Source: Mucisphaera calidilacus (GTDB lineage: Bacteria; Planctomycetota; Phycisphaerae; Phycisphaerales; Phycisphaeraceae). Taken from it: DNA of 32,000 nt. This document shows, one piece after another, positions 1-9,375 of the stretch. Position 1 is the stretch's first letter. Each line of letters starts with the position of its first letter. The notes beneath the pieces were generated by a model. That model saw nothing but the letters and a program-made list of their open reading frames with translations, made no database searches and had not been told where the DNA came from. The stretch is from positions 2,700,001-2,732,000 of the forward strand of contig NZ_CP036280.1 in NCBI RefSeq assembly GCF_007748075.1, written 5' to 3'. Both the position numbers and the translations under genes were made by a program.

Positions 1-890
1 AGAATCGTCCGGTCGATCGGATCACCACTCCCCGCAAACACATAAGCCAGATCACGCGCATGACACGCACTGCGCACCGACGCACGAAACGCCTCCAGCC
101 GGTCCCGATACCGCCGCAGCAACCCAGGCGTCACCGAAACCTCCGCGGTCGAGCCATCCTCCGCATCACGCAGACGCAGATCACCCGTGATCCCGTTCGC
201 CGACGGATCCAGCTCCTCCGGGCTCAGCACGTGCACCGCCAACGCATCCCAACGCGGATGATTCACATACCGAAGCGCCGCCCCCACGTCATCCTTCTGC
301 AGAAAATCGGAGATCACCACCAGAATGCCAGGCGTCGCGTGCGTCGACGCCAGCAGCCGAAGCGATTCGCCCAGGTCGCCCGCCACCGGGTCCCTGTTCG
401 GATCGGGCACCACCGCCAGCAACGGCTCGAGAAAGTCAACCATCCGCGTCAGCTGACGACGACCACGCAGCGAAGGCAGACGCTCAATCCCACCCGGACC
501 GCCAAACGTCAGCAGCGACAAGCGGTTCTGGTGCGCCAGGCTGATGTACCCCAGAGCCGCCGCCACCCGCGCCCCGTAACCCAGCTTCGACGGATCACCA
601 AACGCCATCGACGCCGAGCAATCAAGCGCCACCGTCACCGCGAGATCCTCCTCCTCCATGAAGACCCGCAGGAACAACCGATCCAGCCGCGCGTACAGGT
701 TCCAGTCAATAAAACGCAGGTCGTCACCCACCACGTAAGGCCGATAGTCCGCAAACTCCACCGACTGCCCGCGACGCTTCGACCGACGCTCGCCAGGCAT
801 ACCGCCACGCAGAATCTTGCGCGACATCACGTCCAGACGCTCGAGCCTCGCCAGCAACGCGCTCGGCAGCAGTTCACTCTTCACCGCCAT
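1..890 (-). CDS. DUF58 family protein (MoxR/VWA-associated); C-terminus runs off the window
   Basis: Absent from the ORF track because there is no stop inside the window. The reverse-strand ATG at 888-890 lies 4 nt after the MoxR stop. My translation is MAVKSELLPSALLARLERLDVMSRKILRGGMPGERRSKRRGQSVEFADYRPYVVGDDLRFIDWNLYARLDRLFLRVFMEEEDLAVTVALDCSASM... It carries the DUF58 hallmark (G.S.EF..YR.Y..GDD.R.IDW) and a VWA-like D.S.S. The listed +strand ORF 60..1265 is an Arg-rich phantom of this gene. Confidence 0.85.
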   Translation of the reverse strand, partial: MAVKSELLPSALLARLERLDVMSRKILRGGMPGERRSKRRGQSVEFADYRPYVVGDDLRFIDWNLYARLDRLFLRVFMEEEDLAVTVALDCSASMAFGDPSKLGYGARVAAALGYISLAHQNRLSLLTFGGPGGIERLPSLRGRRQLTRMVDFLEPLLAVVPDPNRDPVAGDLGESLRLLASTHATPGILVVISDFLQKDDVGAALRYVNHPRWDALAVHVLSPEELDPSANGITGDLRLRDAEDGSTAEVSVTPGLLRRYRDRLEAFRASVRSACHARDLAYVFAGSGDPIDRTI

Positions 891-894
891 TCGC

Positions 895-1947
895 TCACGC
901 TCCGCCCGGCACGCCGGCCGCCTCGGCCGGCAGACTCTCGGTCAGGTCGCCGATCACCATGTCAGGCGTCACGCCCTCCGCCTGACCCTCGAAATTCAGC
1001 AGCACACGATGCCGCAGCGATTCCGCCAGCACCCCGCGAATATCCTCGATCGCCAGGTGCACGCGGCCGTCCAGCAACGCTCGCGCCTTGCCCGCAAGTA
1101 TCAACGCCTGCGCCGCGCGAGGCGAGGCACCAAACCGAACAAACTGACGCACCATCTTCGTCGTGTACTCGCTCTCCGGGTGCGTCGCCAGCACCGCACG
1201 CACCGCGTAGTCACGCACGTTCGGCGCCGCGATCACCGAACGCACCAACTGCTGGTGCCCGATGATCGTCTCGGCGTCCAGCACCGACTCGACCGTTGCC
1301 TCCACCGAACCCGTTGTCCGGTCAATGATCTCGTGCAGCTCACCACGACTCACAAAACCCACCTCCAGCTTGAACAGGAAACGATCCAGCTGCGCCTCCG
1401 GCAGCGGATACGTCCCCTCCTGCTCGATCGGGTTCTGCGTCGCCATCACCAGGAACGGCCGGTCCATCGTGTACGTCCCCCCCGCGCCGCCCGAGACCGT
1501 CACACTCCGCTCCTGCATCGCCTCGAGCATCGCCGACTGCGTCTTGGGCGTCGCGCGGTTGATCTCGTCCGCCAGCACGATCTGGCTGAAGATCGGACCC
1601 TTGCGGAACTGAAAATCACGCACCGTCCGGCCCGCCTCGTCCTGACCCTCCACCACGATCGTTGTCCCCGTGATGTCCGCGGGCATCAGGTCCGGCGTGA
1701 ACTGGATCCTTGAGAACGACAGCGACATCGCCTCCGCCAGCGTGCGCACCAGCAGGGTCTTGCCCAACCCCGGCACGCCCTCAAGCAGCACGTGACCGCC
1801 CACGAACAACGCCGTCAACGCGCCGTCCACCACCGTGTTCTGACCCACGATCACACGCGTCACCTGCTCGCGGATCCGCCGGTAGTCGTCTCGAAAACGC
1901 TCGGCCTGCTCAAGGGTCGCCTCAGGGGGAGTTGGCATCGACATCAC
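895..1947 (-). CDS. MoxR-family AAA+ ATPase
   Basis: 350 aa. Walker A is GVPGLGKT and Walker B/MoxR signature is IVLADEINRATPKTQSAMLEAMQE. Length and neighbours (DUF58, VWA) are typical of MoxR. Confidence 0.92.
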   Translation of the reverse strand: MMSMPTPPEATLEQAERFRDDYRRIREQVTRVIVGQNTVVDGALTALFVGGHVLLEGVPGLGKTLLVRTLAEAMSLSFSRIQFTPDLMPADITGTTIVVEGQDEAGRTVRDFQFRKGPIFSQIVLADEINRATPKTQSAMLEAMQERSVTVSGGAGGTYTMDRPFLVMATQNPIEQEGTYPLPEAQLDRFLFKLEVGFVSRGELHEIIDRTTGSVEATVESVLDAETIIGHQQLVRSVIAAPNVRDYAVRAVLATHPESEYTTKMVRQFVRFGASPRAAQALILAGKARALLDGRVHLAIEDIRGVLAESLRHRVLLNFEGQAEGVTPDMVIGDLTESLPAEAAGVPGGA

Positions 1948-1972
1948 ACATCCTCACAAAAGAAGGTCACGC

Positions 1973-4900
1973 TCATCCGTTCCGGCCACGCTTCCGCGCC
2001 GCCAGCAATCGCCCGGTCATACTCTTGCTCTCACCCTCAGCCCCCGCCGCCTGATCCTCCGCCGGCCTGGGCCTGGGCTCCTCACGCTCCGCCGCCGCAC
2101 CCCGCGGCTTCTCGCGCTTCACTGCAGGCTCGACCTCGATACGCGACGGCGCCTCAGCCTGCGCCGCAGGCTCCGAAACCGACTCGGCCTGCTCAACCCG
2201 CTCACCGCTTGCCGCCCGCACACGCTTGAGGCTCGCGAGCGTCTGCTTGCTGCGAACCTCACGACGACGACCCGGCGATAACGCCCGACGCACCAGCAAC
2301 ACCAACTCCGAACCGTCCCACGCGATCCGCCGACACGCGATATCCATCAGCAGCACGGGCAACAACGCCAGCAGCAGGTAAGGCCACAACGGCCGCGACC
2401 ACACCACCGAGAACGGCCGGTCACGATCAAACAGCATCGCCTCCGCACGCTCCGGCTCGATCCAACGCCCACCCGTGATCTCCGCCACCTGTCGCAGCAG
2501 GTCCTCGTTCGACGAAAAACTCGACAACTCCGCCCCCGCCGGACGCGTTGCCCCGCCCACCACCAGCCGCGACCCGCCCGCCGGGTCGTCCACGCGAAGC
2601 GACACGATGTAACTGCCCTGCTGCTCGGCACGCGCCTCCGCCTCGTACAAACCCGGCCCGACCTGACGAAGCTCCACCGCCTGAGGCTCCTGATCCGGAC
2701 CGATCACCGCGCCATACACACTCAGGAAGTTCGTGAACGCCCCCGACGACAACGCTCCGGAGTCCGCAGCGTCCAGCCGCATCACCAACCGATCACCCCG
2801 ACGCTCCGTCGTCAGCTCCAGCTCACGCGACGCCGACGGACGCGCCACCGTGCGCACCAGACGCGACCAGAAGTCCGCGTAACCCGACCAGCTCAGCCAC
2901 GCCGTCGCCCAGCGGTTGTGCGCATCCGACGTGAACGCCGCCGATCGCCCCAGACCCACCTGCCAGTGAGACAGCAACGGCTCGCCCTCGCTCCCCACCA
3001 ACGCATTCACCACCCGCGCATCCGGACGCGGCGCCGTCAGCACCAGGCCCTTGAGCTGCGGAAAACCCTGCATACCACGGATAATCGGCGACGAGGCCGA
3101 GACAATCCCGGGCGTAAACGGCTCCTCCTTCACCAGGTTCCGACGGATCGTCGTCGCCTCCTTGATGAAGATCTCCGGCAACCGGTTCGCATCCGTCACC
3201 GGGTAATACTGACCCCCGCCGGCGACCGCCAGCGTCTCCAGCAGATTGCCGTCGTGACCGTCACCCACACCGATCGTCGAGAGCGTGATCCCCGCCGCCG
3301 TCATCTTCCGAACCAACGCGCGATAACTCCCGCCCATCGGTGGCGTCGACTGACCGTCCGTCAGCAGGATGATGTGCTTCAGCGACGTGTCCGCCACCGT
3401 CAGCGGCGCAAGCTGTCGATGCGCCATCTTCAGCCCCGTGTAGATGTTCGTCCCGCCGCCCGACTGGATCGACCGAACCTTCTTCGCGATCACGTCGGCA
3501 TCACGGTTGACCTGCAGCGGAACCACCGACGTCGCGCCGCCGTCAAACGCCACCACGCCCACCATGTCCTGCGGATAAAGCGTCGACAACGCCAGCACCG
3601 CCGCCTCGTTCGCCAACTCCTGCTGCGTGTAACCCGTCCCCCCGACCTGCGAACTCATCGACCCCGAACGGTCGATCACCAGCACCAGCGCCCCCGTCGG
3701 CATCATCGTCTGCGACGGGATCTCACACCGCACCGGCAGAATGTTCCGATCCAGAATCGAGTGCGTCCAACCGCCCGCACCAAAACTGTTCGGCCCACCC
3801 ACCATCACCAGCCCGCCACCGACGTCGTGCACGTAACGCGCCAGCACCTGCTGCTGAGCCAGACTCACCTGATCCGCCGAAACGTCCTGCAGCACCACCG
3901 CGTCGTAACGCTGAAAACCATCCAGCCGCACCGGCATCGCGTCCGGACGCACCACGTCCGTGTCAATACCATGCTCCGCCAACGCCCGAGGCAGCACCAG
4001 GCCCGAGTTGCCCCCCACGTCATCCACGATCAGGATGCGACCCTGACCCTGCACCAGCGTGAAACCCTCCGCACGGTTGTTCGCCACCACCGTGTCACCC
4101 CGCGCCGCCGGCTCAAAGATCGCCTCGAACCGCGCCGCCCCCGCGTCCTCCAGAGGCACGTCCACCTGACGCACAAGCACGTAACGCGTCGCGTCGTTCT
4201 CGTTCTCCGACAGGTTCGTCTCCGCCGTCCAGTGACTCGACGCCACCCGAACCCCCACACCCTCCGCGATGCCGTTGAGGTCCAGGCTGCGACCACCCTG
4301 CCGCAGCACGATCGTCCCCGACGCCGGACGCGTCGCACGCAGCACCACACGCACCGGAACCGTCTGGCCCTGACGCGCCTCCGCAGGCGTTACCACGGCG
4401 TCAACACGCACCTCGTCACGAACCCGGTACGAAATCGGCAGCACGTCCACCGGAATCCCCAGACCACGCGCCTCACGCGCCGCAGCCAGCACCGACGCCG
4501 TCGTCTGCACCGTGTCCGCGCCCGCCTCCGCCGTGTGATTCCCGTCACTCACCAGCACGATCCGACGACCGCTGTCCGGCGGGAACATCGCCACCGCCGA
4601 CCGCAACGCCGCCGCAAGATCACTCCCCGTCTCCGGAACCCCGAAAACATCCGTGCTCACGCCCGTCACCGCCGACGGAATCCGACGCACCGTCGGCCTC
4701 CGGTCAAACGTCACCACCGCCAGCCGATCGTCCGCCCGCCGGTCTCCCGACAAACGCGACAACTCATCCGCAACCCAACCCTCGTACGTCACCGGCACCG
4801 CGCTCTCGCCCTGCGCAGGCGTCGCAAACGTCCGAACCGACTCCGACTGATCCACCACCGCCACCACCGTCAGCGTGTCCTGACCCCACACCGACCGCGC

Positions 4901-5062
4901 GCCCGCCAGCGAACCCACCAGCAACAGCAGCACGATCAGACGCAGACCGATCGCCACCCAACGACGAACCGGATCGAAACCCGTCATGCCGACCACGCCG
5001 AGCCAGACCATCGGCAACGCCAGCAGGAGCAACATCAACCGCTCGGGGTAATCAAAACTCAC
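1973..5062 (-). CDS. Large membrane protein with BatA-like N-terminus and two von Willebrand factor A domains
   Basis: 1029 aa. It has N-terminal TM helices (LMLLLLALPMVWLGVVG, WVAIGLRLIVLLLLVGSLAG). Two DxSxS MIDAS motifs are present (VVAVVDQSESV and LVLVIDRSGSMS). A central ILIVDDVGG... segment resembles the amidotransferase-like domain seen in such proteins (tentative). A late TM helix (LWPYLLLALLPVLLMDI) is followed by a K/R/E/A-rich tail. An ATGA overlap with the upstream CDS lies at 5059-5062. Confidence 0.85.
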   Translation of the reverse strand: MSFDYPERLMLLLLALPMVWLGVVGMTGFDPVRRWVAIGLRLIVLLLLVGSLAGARSVWGQDTLTVVAVVDQSESVRTFATPAQGESAVPVTYEGWVADELSRLSGDRRADDRLAVVTFDRRPTVRRIPSAVTGVSTDVFGVPETGSDLAAALRSAVAMFPPDSGRRIVLVSDGNHTAEAGADTVQTTASVLAAAREARGLGIPVDVLPISYRVRDEVRVDAVVTPAEARQGQTVPVRVVLRATRPASGTIVLRQGGRSLDLNGIAEGVGVRVASSHWTAETNLSENENDATRYVLVRQVDVPLEDAGAARFEAIFEPAARGDTVVANNRAEGFTLVQGQGRILIVDDVGGNSGLVLPRALAEHGIDTDVVRPDAMPVRLDGFQRYDAVVLQDVSADQVSLAQQQVLARYVHDVGGGLVMVGGPNSFGAGGWTHSILDRNILPVRCEIPSQTMMPTGALVLVIDRSGSMSSQVGGTGYTQQELANEAAVLALSTLYPQDMVGVVAFDGGATSVVPLQVNRDADVIAKKVRSIQSGGGTNIYTGLKMAHRQLAPLTVADTSLKHIILLTDGQSTPPMGGSYRALVRKMTAAGITLSTIGVGDGHDGNLLETLAVAGGGQYYPVTDANRLPEIFIKEATTIRRNLVKEEPFTPGIVSASSPIIRGMQGFPQLKGLVLTAPRPDARVVNALVGSEGEPLLSHWQVGLGRSAAFTSDAHNRWATAWLSWSGYADFWSRLVRTVARPSASRELELTTERRGDRLVMRLDAADSGALSSGAFTNFLSVYGAVIGPDQEPQAVELRQVGPGLYEAEARAEQQGSYIVSLRVDDPAGGSRLVVGGATRPAGAELSSFSSNEDLLRQVAEITGGRWIEPERAEAMLFDRDRPFSVVWSRPLWPYLLLALLPVLLMDIACRRIAWDGSELVLLVRRALSPGRRREVRSKQTLASLKRVRAASGERVEQAESVSEPAAQAEAPSRIEVEPAVKREKPRGAAAEREEPRPRPAEDQAAGAEGESKSMTGRLLAARKRGRNG

Positions 5063-6867
5063 GGATCAACGGTCTCGGCAGGAGCCTGCTGCGGGAGCTG
5101 CTCGAAGTAACGCTGGATCGACCGGTGGTAACGCCTCGGCACACGGTCCTCGGCCACCGCACGCTCCGCAGCGTCACGCGCCTCATCAACCGTCGCGTCA
5201 AAACGCAGCCGCGACGTCGCCTCCGTCGGACCCCCGCCCGGACCCCACGACGTGATCACACGACCCGGCTCCAGCGACTGCCGATCGTCCGTGACGTCCG
5301 TCTCATACCCCGCCACCTCCGTCTGATCCGGCCCCAATACCTCACCCCCCTCGCCATACCCCGCACCCGACCCCGTCCCGCTCGGACCGTCCTCACCCTC
5401 GTACTGGCCCAGACGGCTCAACGCATCCTGAACCTTCCGACGGTCCCGTGCCAACTGACCCGCACGCGACTGCGACCCGCCCATCTGCCGCGCCTGCTGC
5501 TGCGCACCCGCCGCAGCGCCGCTCTCGCCCCCCTCCGCCTGCTTGATCGCCTGGCTCAGCCGACGCATCGCGTCAGCCATCCCGTCCGTGCTGTTGCTGT
5601 TCTCGCTCTGCTGCTGCGCCTGATCCATCGCCTCCTTCGCCGCCTCCGCCATCTGCTGCGCCACCCGCTCGGCACGCTCACGCGCCTCCTCCATCGACTC
5701 GCCCTCGCGACGCATCTGCTCGGCGAGCTGCTCCACCGCCATCCGCTGCATCGTCTCCGCATCGAAGTTCTGCTCACGCATCTCCTCGATCTGCTCCGAA
5801 CTGAACCCCGCCTGCTCCAGCATCTCCTCGAACTCGCCCGCAGCCATCTCCGAACGCTCCTGCTGACGCTCCGCCATCGCCTCAAGCTGCTCCGCAAGAT
5901 CCTCCATCTGCTCAGCCAGCTGCGCACGCCGCTCCTCGCTCATCTCCTGATTCGCGAGCTTCTCCTCCATCTCACGAAGCGCCTCAACCGCCTGCTTGAA
6001 GTCCCCGCGACGCAACGCCTCCGCCAGCTCCACCGCCTCCCCAGCGTCAGGCAGCTCCAGCCGCGAGAGATCGTTCGCCAGCGACTCCGCCTGCCGCGAC
6101 TCGCGCTCCTCCGCCGCCGCCAGGTCCTGCTCCAGGTCCGAAACCACCGCCTCAGCCTCCTCACGCAACTCGGGATTGTTCAACCCCACCTCCGCCAGCT
6201 CCGCCACACGCGTGATCAACTCGTCACGACGCGCCGCATCCTCCGCCGCGTCTCCCTCCCGGATCTCGCTCAGCAGACGAGCCGTCTCGACATCCTCAGC
6301 CCGCTCCTCCTCCGTCGGCTCCTCGTTGGCATCCGCCGCGACAGGACCACCCTCCGGCTCCGCGATCACCGCCGCAGGCACCAGCCAGACACTCAGGCCC
6401 ACCGCGACCAGCACCACCGGCAGAACACGCCAGCCCACACCCAGACGCCAGGGAAACGCCCTGCCGATCGGCTGACCCGCCGCGACCCGATCCGCCTCGC
6501 CGATCACCTGCGCCGCAAACGGACGCTCCGACACACCCGCCGCCTGCAGATACATCGAGGTCGCAAGCCGGTCCTGAAGCGACAACCGATCGTCCAGCCG
6601 ACGAGCCAGTTCATCCGACGACGGCCGCATCACCCACGCCACAAAACCCGCAATCAGCAACGCACAAACCGGCCCGACCCCGTGAATCCAGGGCAGAACC
6701 ACCAGCGACGTCCGCCGATCCACCACGATCAGCACCAGCGAAATCACCCCCGCCACAACCAGCAGACCGCCCAGACGGGTGACAGCGTCTATCAGCCAGA
6801 CACGCCTGTGTGCACGATCGAGGATTCGTCGGACGCTGGTCATCCCGGACACTCCTGACACGATCAT
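5059..6867 (-). CDS. Membrane protein with long acidic coiled-coil region (function unknown; part of the MoxR/VWA operon)
   Basis: The track ORF runs to 7092, but its first 75 codons are R/C/W-rich, unlike the rest of the protein, and overlap kdsA. I start at ATG 6865-6867 (MIVSGVSGMTSVRRILDRAHRRVWLIDAV...); ATG 6841-6843 is an alternative. Three hydrophobic helices are followed by a Glu/Ala/Gln/Arg-rich heptad-like segment of about 300 aa. The C-terminus reads ...VPRRYHRSIQRYFEQL... Confidence 0.7.
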   Translation of the reverse strand: MIVSGVSGMTSVRRILDRAHRRVWLIDAVTRLGGLLVVAGVISLVLIVVDRRTSLVVLPWIHGVGPVCALLIAGFVAWVMRPSSDELARRLDDRLSLQDRLATSMYLQAAGVSERPFAAQVIGEADRVAAGQPIGRAFPWRLGVGWRVLPVVLVAVGLSVWLVPAAVIAEPEGGPVAADANEEPTEEERAEDVETARLLSEIREGDAAEDAARRDELITRVAELAEVGLNNPELREEAEAVVSDLEQDLAAAEERESRQAESLANDLSRLELPDAGEAVELAEALRRGDFKQAVEALREMEEKLANQEMSEERRAQLAEQMEDLAEQLEAMAERQQERSEMAAGEFEEMLEQAGFSSEQIEEMREQNFDAETMQRMAVEQLAEQMRREGESMEEARERAERVAQQMAEAAKEAMDQAQQQSENSNSTDGMADAMRRLSQAIKQAEGGESGAAAGAQQQARQMGGSQSRAGQLARDRRKVQDALSRLGQYEGEDGPSGTGSGAGYGEGGEVLGPDQTEVAGYETDVTDDRQSLEPGRVITSWGPGGGPTEATSRLRFDATVDEARDAAERAVAEDRVPRRYHRSIQRYFEQLPQQAPAETVDP

Positions 6868-6916
6868 ATGCTCCCGGCGATCCCTGAGTTCATGTTTTTC
6901 CCCGATCACCCACCAA

Positions 6917-7747
6917 TCAGCCCGAACGCACCGCCTCGTGAAGACGCGCCAGCCTCGGCAGCAGCGCCAACGCCTGATCCAGCGGCAGCATCGAGGCCCC
7001 GTCCGACAACGCCTTCTCCGGCTCCGGGTGCGTCTCGATGAACAACGCCGACACGCCCACCGACACCGCCGCGCACGCCAGCGCCGCCGCACGATCCGGA
7101 CGACCGCCCGACGCCTGGCCCTGACCGCCCGGCTGCTGCGTCGAGTGCGTCGCGTCGAAACAGACCGGCACGCCCAACTCCATCAGGTCCACCACACCGA
7201 TGAAGTCATTCACCAGCCGGTGATAACCGAAAAACGTCCCCCGCTCGGTCAGCATCACGCTCCGCTCGTCGGCACCCGACTCACGTAGCTTCGTCACCAC
7301 GTTGCTCATCTCCCCCGGCGACATGAACTGACCCTTCTTCGCGTTCACCGCCCTGCCCGTCGACGCCGCCGCCGCCAGCAGGTCCGTCTGACGACACAGG
7401 AACGCCGGGATCTGAAGCAGGTCCGCCACCTCCGCCACCGGCGCAGCCTGACCCGGATCATGAAGATCCGTGGTCACCGGCACCCCCAGACGCTCCTTGC
7501 AGCCCGCCAGAATCTCCACGCCACGCTCCAGACCCGGCCCGCGAGGCGTGTGGATCGACGAACGATTCGCCTTGTCGAACGACGCCTTGAAGATATACGT
7601 CAGCCCCAACTCATCGCACGCCGCCTTGATCGCCTCACCCACCTCAAGGCACAACGCAAGCGACTCCGCCATGCACGGCCCGCAGATCACCGCCAGAGGC
7701 CGACCCGCTCCCACCTCACAATCACCAACACGCATCGACCCGCTCAT
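6917..7747 (-). CDS. kdsA: 3-deoxy-8-phosphooctulonate (KDO8P) synthase
   Basis: Family-typical blocks are present: ICGPCMAES, IFKASFDKANRSS, LQIPAFLCRQTDLL, NAKKGQFMSP, FDATHS.Q.PGG. The start is set at ATG 7745-7747 (MSGSMRV...), which forms an ATGA overlap with the deoC stop. The track start at 7798 would overlap deoC by 55 nt. Confidence 0.9.
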   Translation of the reverse strand: MSGSMRVGDCEVGAGRPLAVICGPCMAESLALCLEVGEAIKAACDELGLTYIFKASFDKANRSSIHTPRGPGLERGVEILAGCKERLGVPVTTDLHDPGQAAPVAEVADLLQIPAFLCRQTDLLAAAASTGRAVNAKKGQFMSPGEMSNVVTKLRESGADERSVMLTERGTFFGYHRLVNDFIGVVDLMELGVPVCFDATHSTQQPGGQGQASGGRPDRAAALACAAVSVGVSALFIETHPEPEKALSDGASMLPLDQALALLPRLARLHEAVRSG

Positions 7748-8487
7748 GCCTGCTCCGCACTGTCGGCCTGACCGAGAATCGCGATCGACGACGAACAACC
7801 CAGCCGGTCCGCCCCCGCGTCCAGCATCCGCTTCGCGTCGTCATACGTCCGGATCCCGCCCGCCGCCTTGATCTTCAGCGTCTCGCCATACTTCTTCATC
7901 AACGCGATCGCCTCCATCGTCGCACCGCCCGCGGGATGCTTGCCCGTCGACGTCTTAATGAAGTCCGCACCCGACTCCCGGCAGGCCACGCACGCCGCCT
8001 CGATCCGCTTCTCCGCCGTCGCCGCGTCCGCCTCCTTCATCAGGTACGCCGACTCCACGATCACCTTCACCACCACCGACGAACGCACCGCACGCGCCCC
8101 CGCGATCACCTCCGACAACTCCGCTCGCGCCGACTCCGCGTCCGCGTTCATCAGGTGCGGGATGTACGCCACAATGTCAATCTCGTCCGCGCCGTCCTTG
8201 CACGCGATCGTCGCCTCGATCGACGCCACGTCCACCTTGCACAACCCGCTCGGGAAATTCACCACCGCGCACGTCAGAGGCGTCCGGCCGTCCAGACGCT
8301 CCGCCACCCGCGCCACGTAACGCCCCGACACGCACGCCGACGCAAAGTCGTGCTCGATCGTCTCGTTCACCAGCCGGTCAATCGCCGCCGGCTCCGCCTC
8401 GGGATTCAGATTCGTGTGGTCAATACAGCGTGCAAGGTCCAAAGTTCTATTCCTCAAGCGTCGCAAAAAAGTCCCGCAAAGACGCAT
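7744..8487 (-). CDS. deoC: Deoxyribose-phosphate aldolase
   Basis: Family-typical blocks are IDHTNLNPEA, VVNFPSG, DEIDIV and the Schiff-base lysine context FIKTSTGK, plus IKAAGGIRTYDDAKRMLDAGADRLGCSS. The start is uncertain. ATG 8487 overlaps the upstream gene by 41 nt. An in-frame TTG at 8440-8442, preceded by GAGGAA, is an alternative. Confidence 0.88.
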   Translation of the reverse strand: MRLCGTFLRRLRNRTLDLARCIDHTNLNPEAEPAAIDRLVNETIEHDFASACVSGRYVARVAERLDGRTPLTCAVVNFPSGLCKVDVASIEATIACKDGADEIDIVAYIPHLMNADAESARAELSEVIAGARAVRSSVVVKVIVESAYLMKEADAATAEKRIEAACVACRESGADFIKTSTGKHPAGGATMEAIALMKKYGETLKIKAAGGIRTYDDAKRMLDAGADRLGCSSSIAILGQADSAEQA

Positions 8488-9340
8488 CGTATCGGTCCGG
8501 ATCGATCGCGGCCAAGTCCAGGTGATGACCCTCCGCGAACGTCACGATCCGACCCCGCGGCGCAGCACCCGCGATCTGACGACCCGACGCCACCGGGCAC
8601 ACCGGGTCCAGCTCCCCATGAAGCACCATCAACGGCACCTCCACCCGCGCCGCGTCACGAACCGTCTCGATGTCATTCACCCCGGGCCAGATGATCGGCC
8701 GCAGCATCCGAACCGGGGCCATCAGCATCCCCGCCGGATAACCCGCCCAGCGAAGCAGCCCGTGAATCGGCTCCCACCACAGCCGGTAAGGACCGTCCAG
8801 CACCACGCCCCGCAGCCGCGCACGCACCCGAGGCAGCAACGCCGCACGCACGCTGATCACGCCCCCCATCGAACAGCCCGCCAGCACCACGCCCCGCGCC
8901 GTCATCGACTCGGGCAGCTGCTCAATAATCTCCGAAACATCAAACGGCTCACGCATCGCGAACGTCAACGCACGGTCCGTCGAGTCGCCGTGCGCCGCCA
9001 CGTCGTACACCACCACCGCCGACGCGTGCGGCACATAAAAAACCGCGAGGTTCAGCATGTGCACCCGGCAGTCACCAAAACCGTGCGTCATCAGCACCAG
9101 CGGCAGATCCGGCTTGTCGCCACGCAACACCCACCCCCGCGTCTCCGTCCCCCGACGAAAACGCAGCGTGATCGCCTCACCCTCCATCCCCAACGCCTCG
9201 GGGTCCGCAGGCACGTCATGCACCAACGCCCACCCCCGACCACGACGAACCGGGTGCCGCAGGCGGTAATACAAAAAGCCCGCGGAACCAAACCACAACA
9301 ACACCAGACCCGTAGCGAGAAGCGTCAGTATGCCCATCAA
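8447..9340 (-). CDS. Alpha/beta-fold hydrolase with N-terminal membrane anchor
   Basis: 297 aa. It has an N-terminal hydrophobic helix (ILTLLATGLVLLWFGSAGFLYY), the nucleophile elbow GCSMGG (GxSxG) and a C-terminal ...GHH... region consistent with a Ser-Asp-His hydrolase. The substrate is unknown. Confidence 0.75.
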   Translation of the reverse strand: MMGILTLLATGLVLLWFGSAGFLYYRLRHPVRRGRGWALVHDVPADPEALGMEGEAITLRFRRGTETRGWVLRGDKPDLPLVLMTHGFGDCRVHMLNLAVFYVPHASAVVVYDVAAHGDSTDRALTFAMREPFDVSEIIEQLPESMTARGVVLAGCSMGGVISVRAALLPRVRARLRGVVLDGPYRLWWEPIHGLLRWAGYPAGMLMAPVRMLRPIIWPGVNDIETVRDAARVEVPLMVLHGELDPVCPVASGRQIAGAAPRGRIVTFAEGHHLDLAAIDPDRYDASLRDFFATLEE

Positions 9341-9375
9341 CCCACTAGCATAATCTCCCGGCGCAGGAGCACACC

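Noticed and set aside
60-1265. 401-aa plus-strand ORF (and overlapping 817..1713 and 1262..1612)
   Set aside because: The translation is Arg/Pro/His/Thr-rich low-complexity sequence. It lies antisense to clearly recognisable DUF58 and MoxR genes. It is a phantom frame caused by stop-poor composition.
2918-5110. 730-aa plus-strand ORF
   Set aside because: It is an Arg-rich phantom frame antisense to the VWA protein, with no motifs.
5125-6858. 577-aa plus-strand ORF
   Set aside because: It is an Arg/Leu/His-rich phantom frame antisense to the coiled-coil membrane protein.
6868-7092. The N-terminal 75 codons of track ORF 5059..7092
   Set aside because: The sequence (MRRRWRARRCRWACRRC...) is R/C/W-rich, unlike the rest of the protein, and overlaps the kdsA coding region. 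An internal ATG at 6865-6867 was chosen instead.
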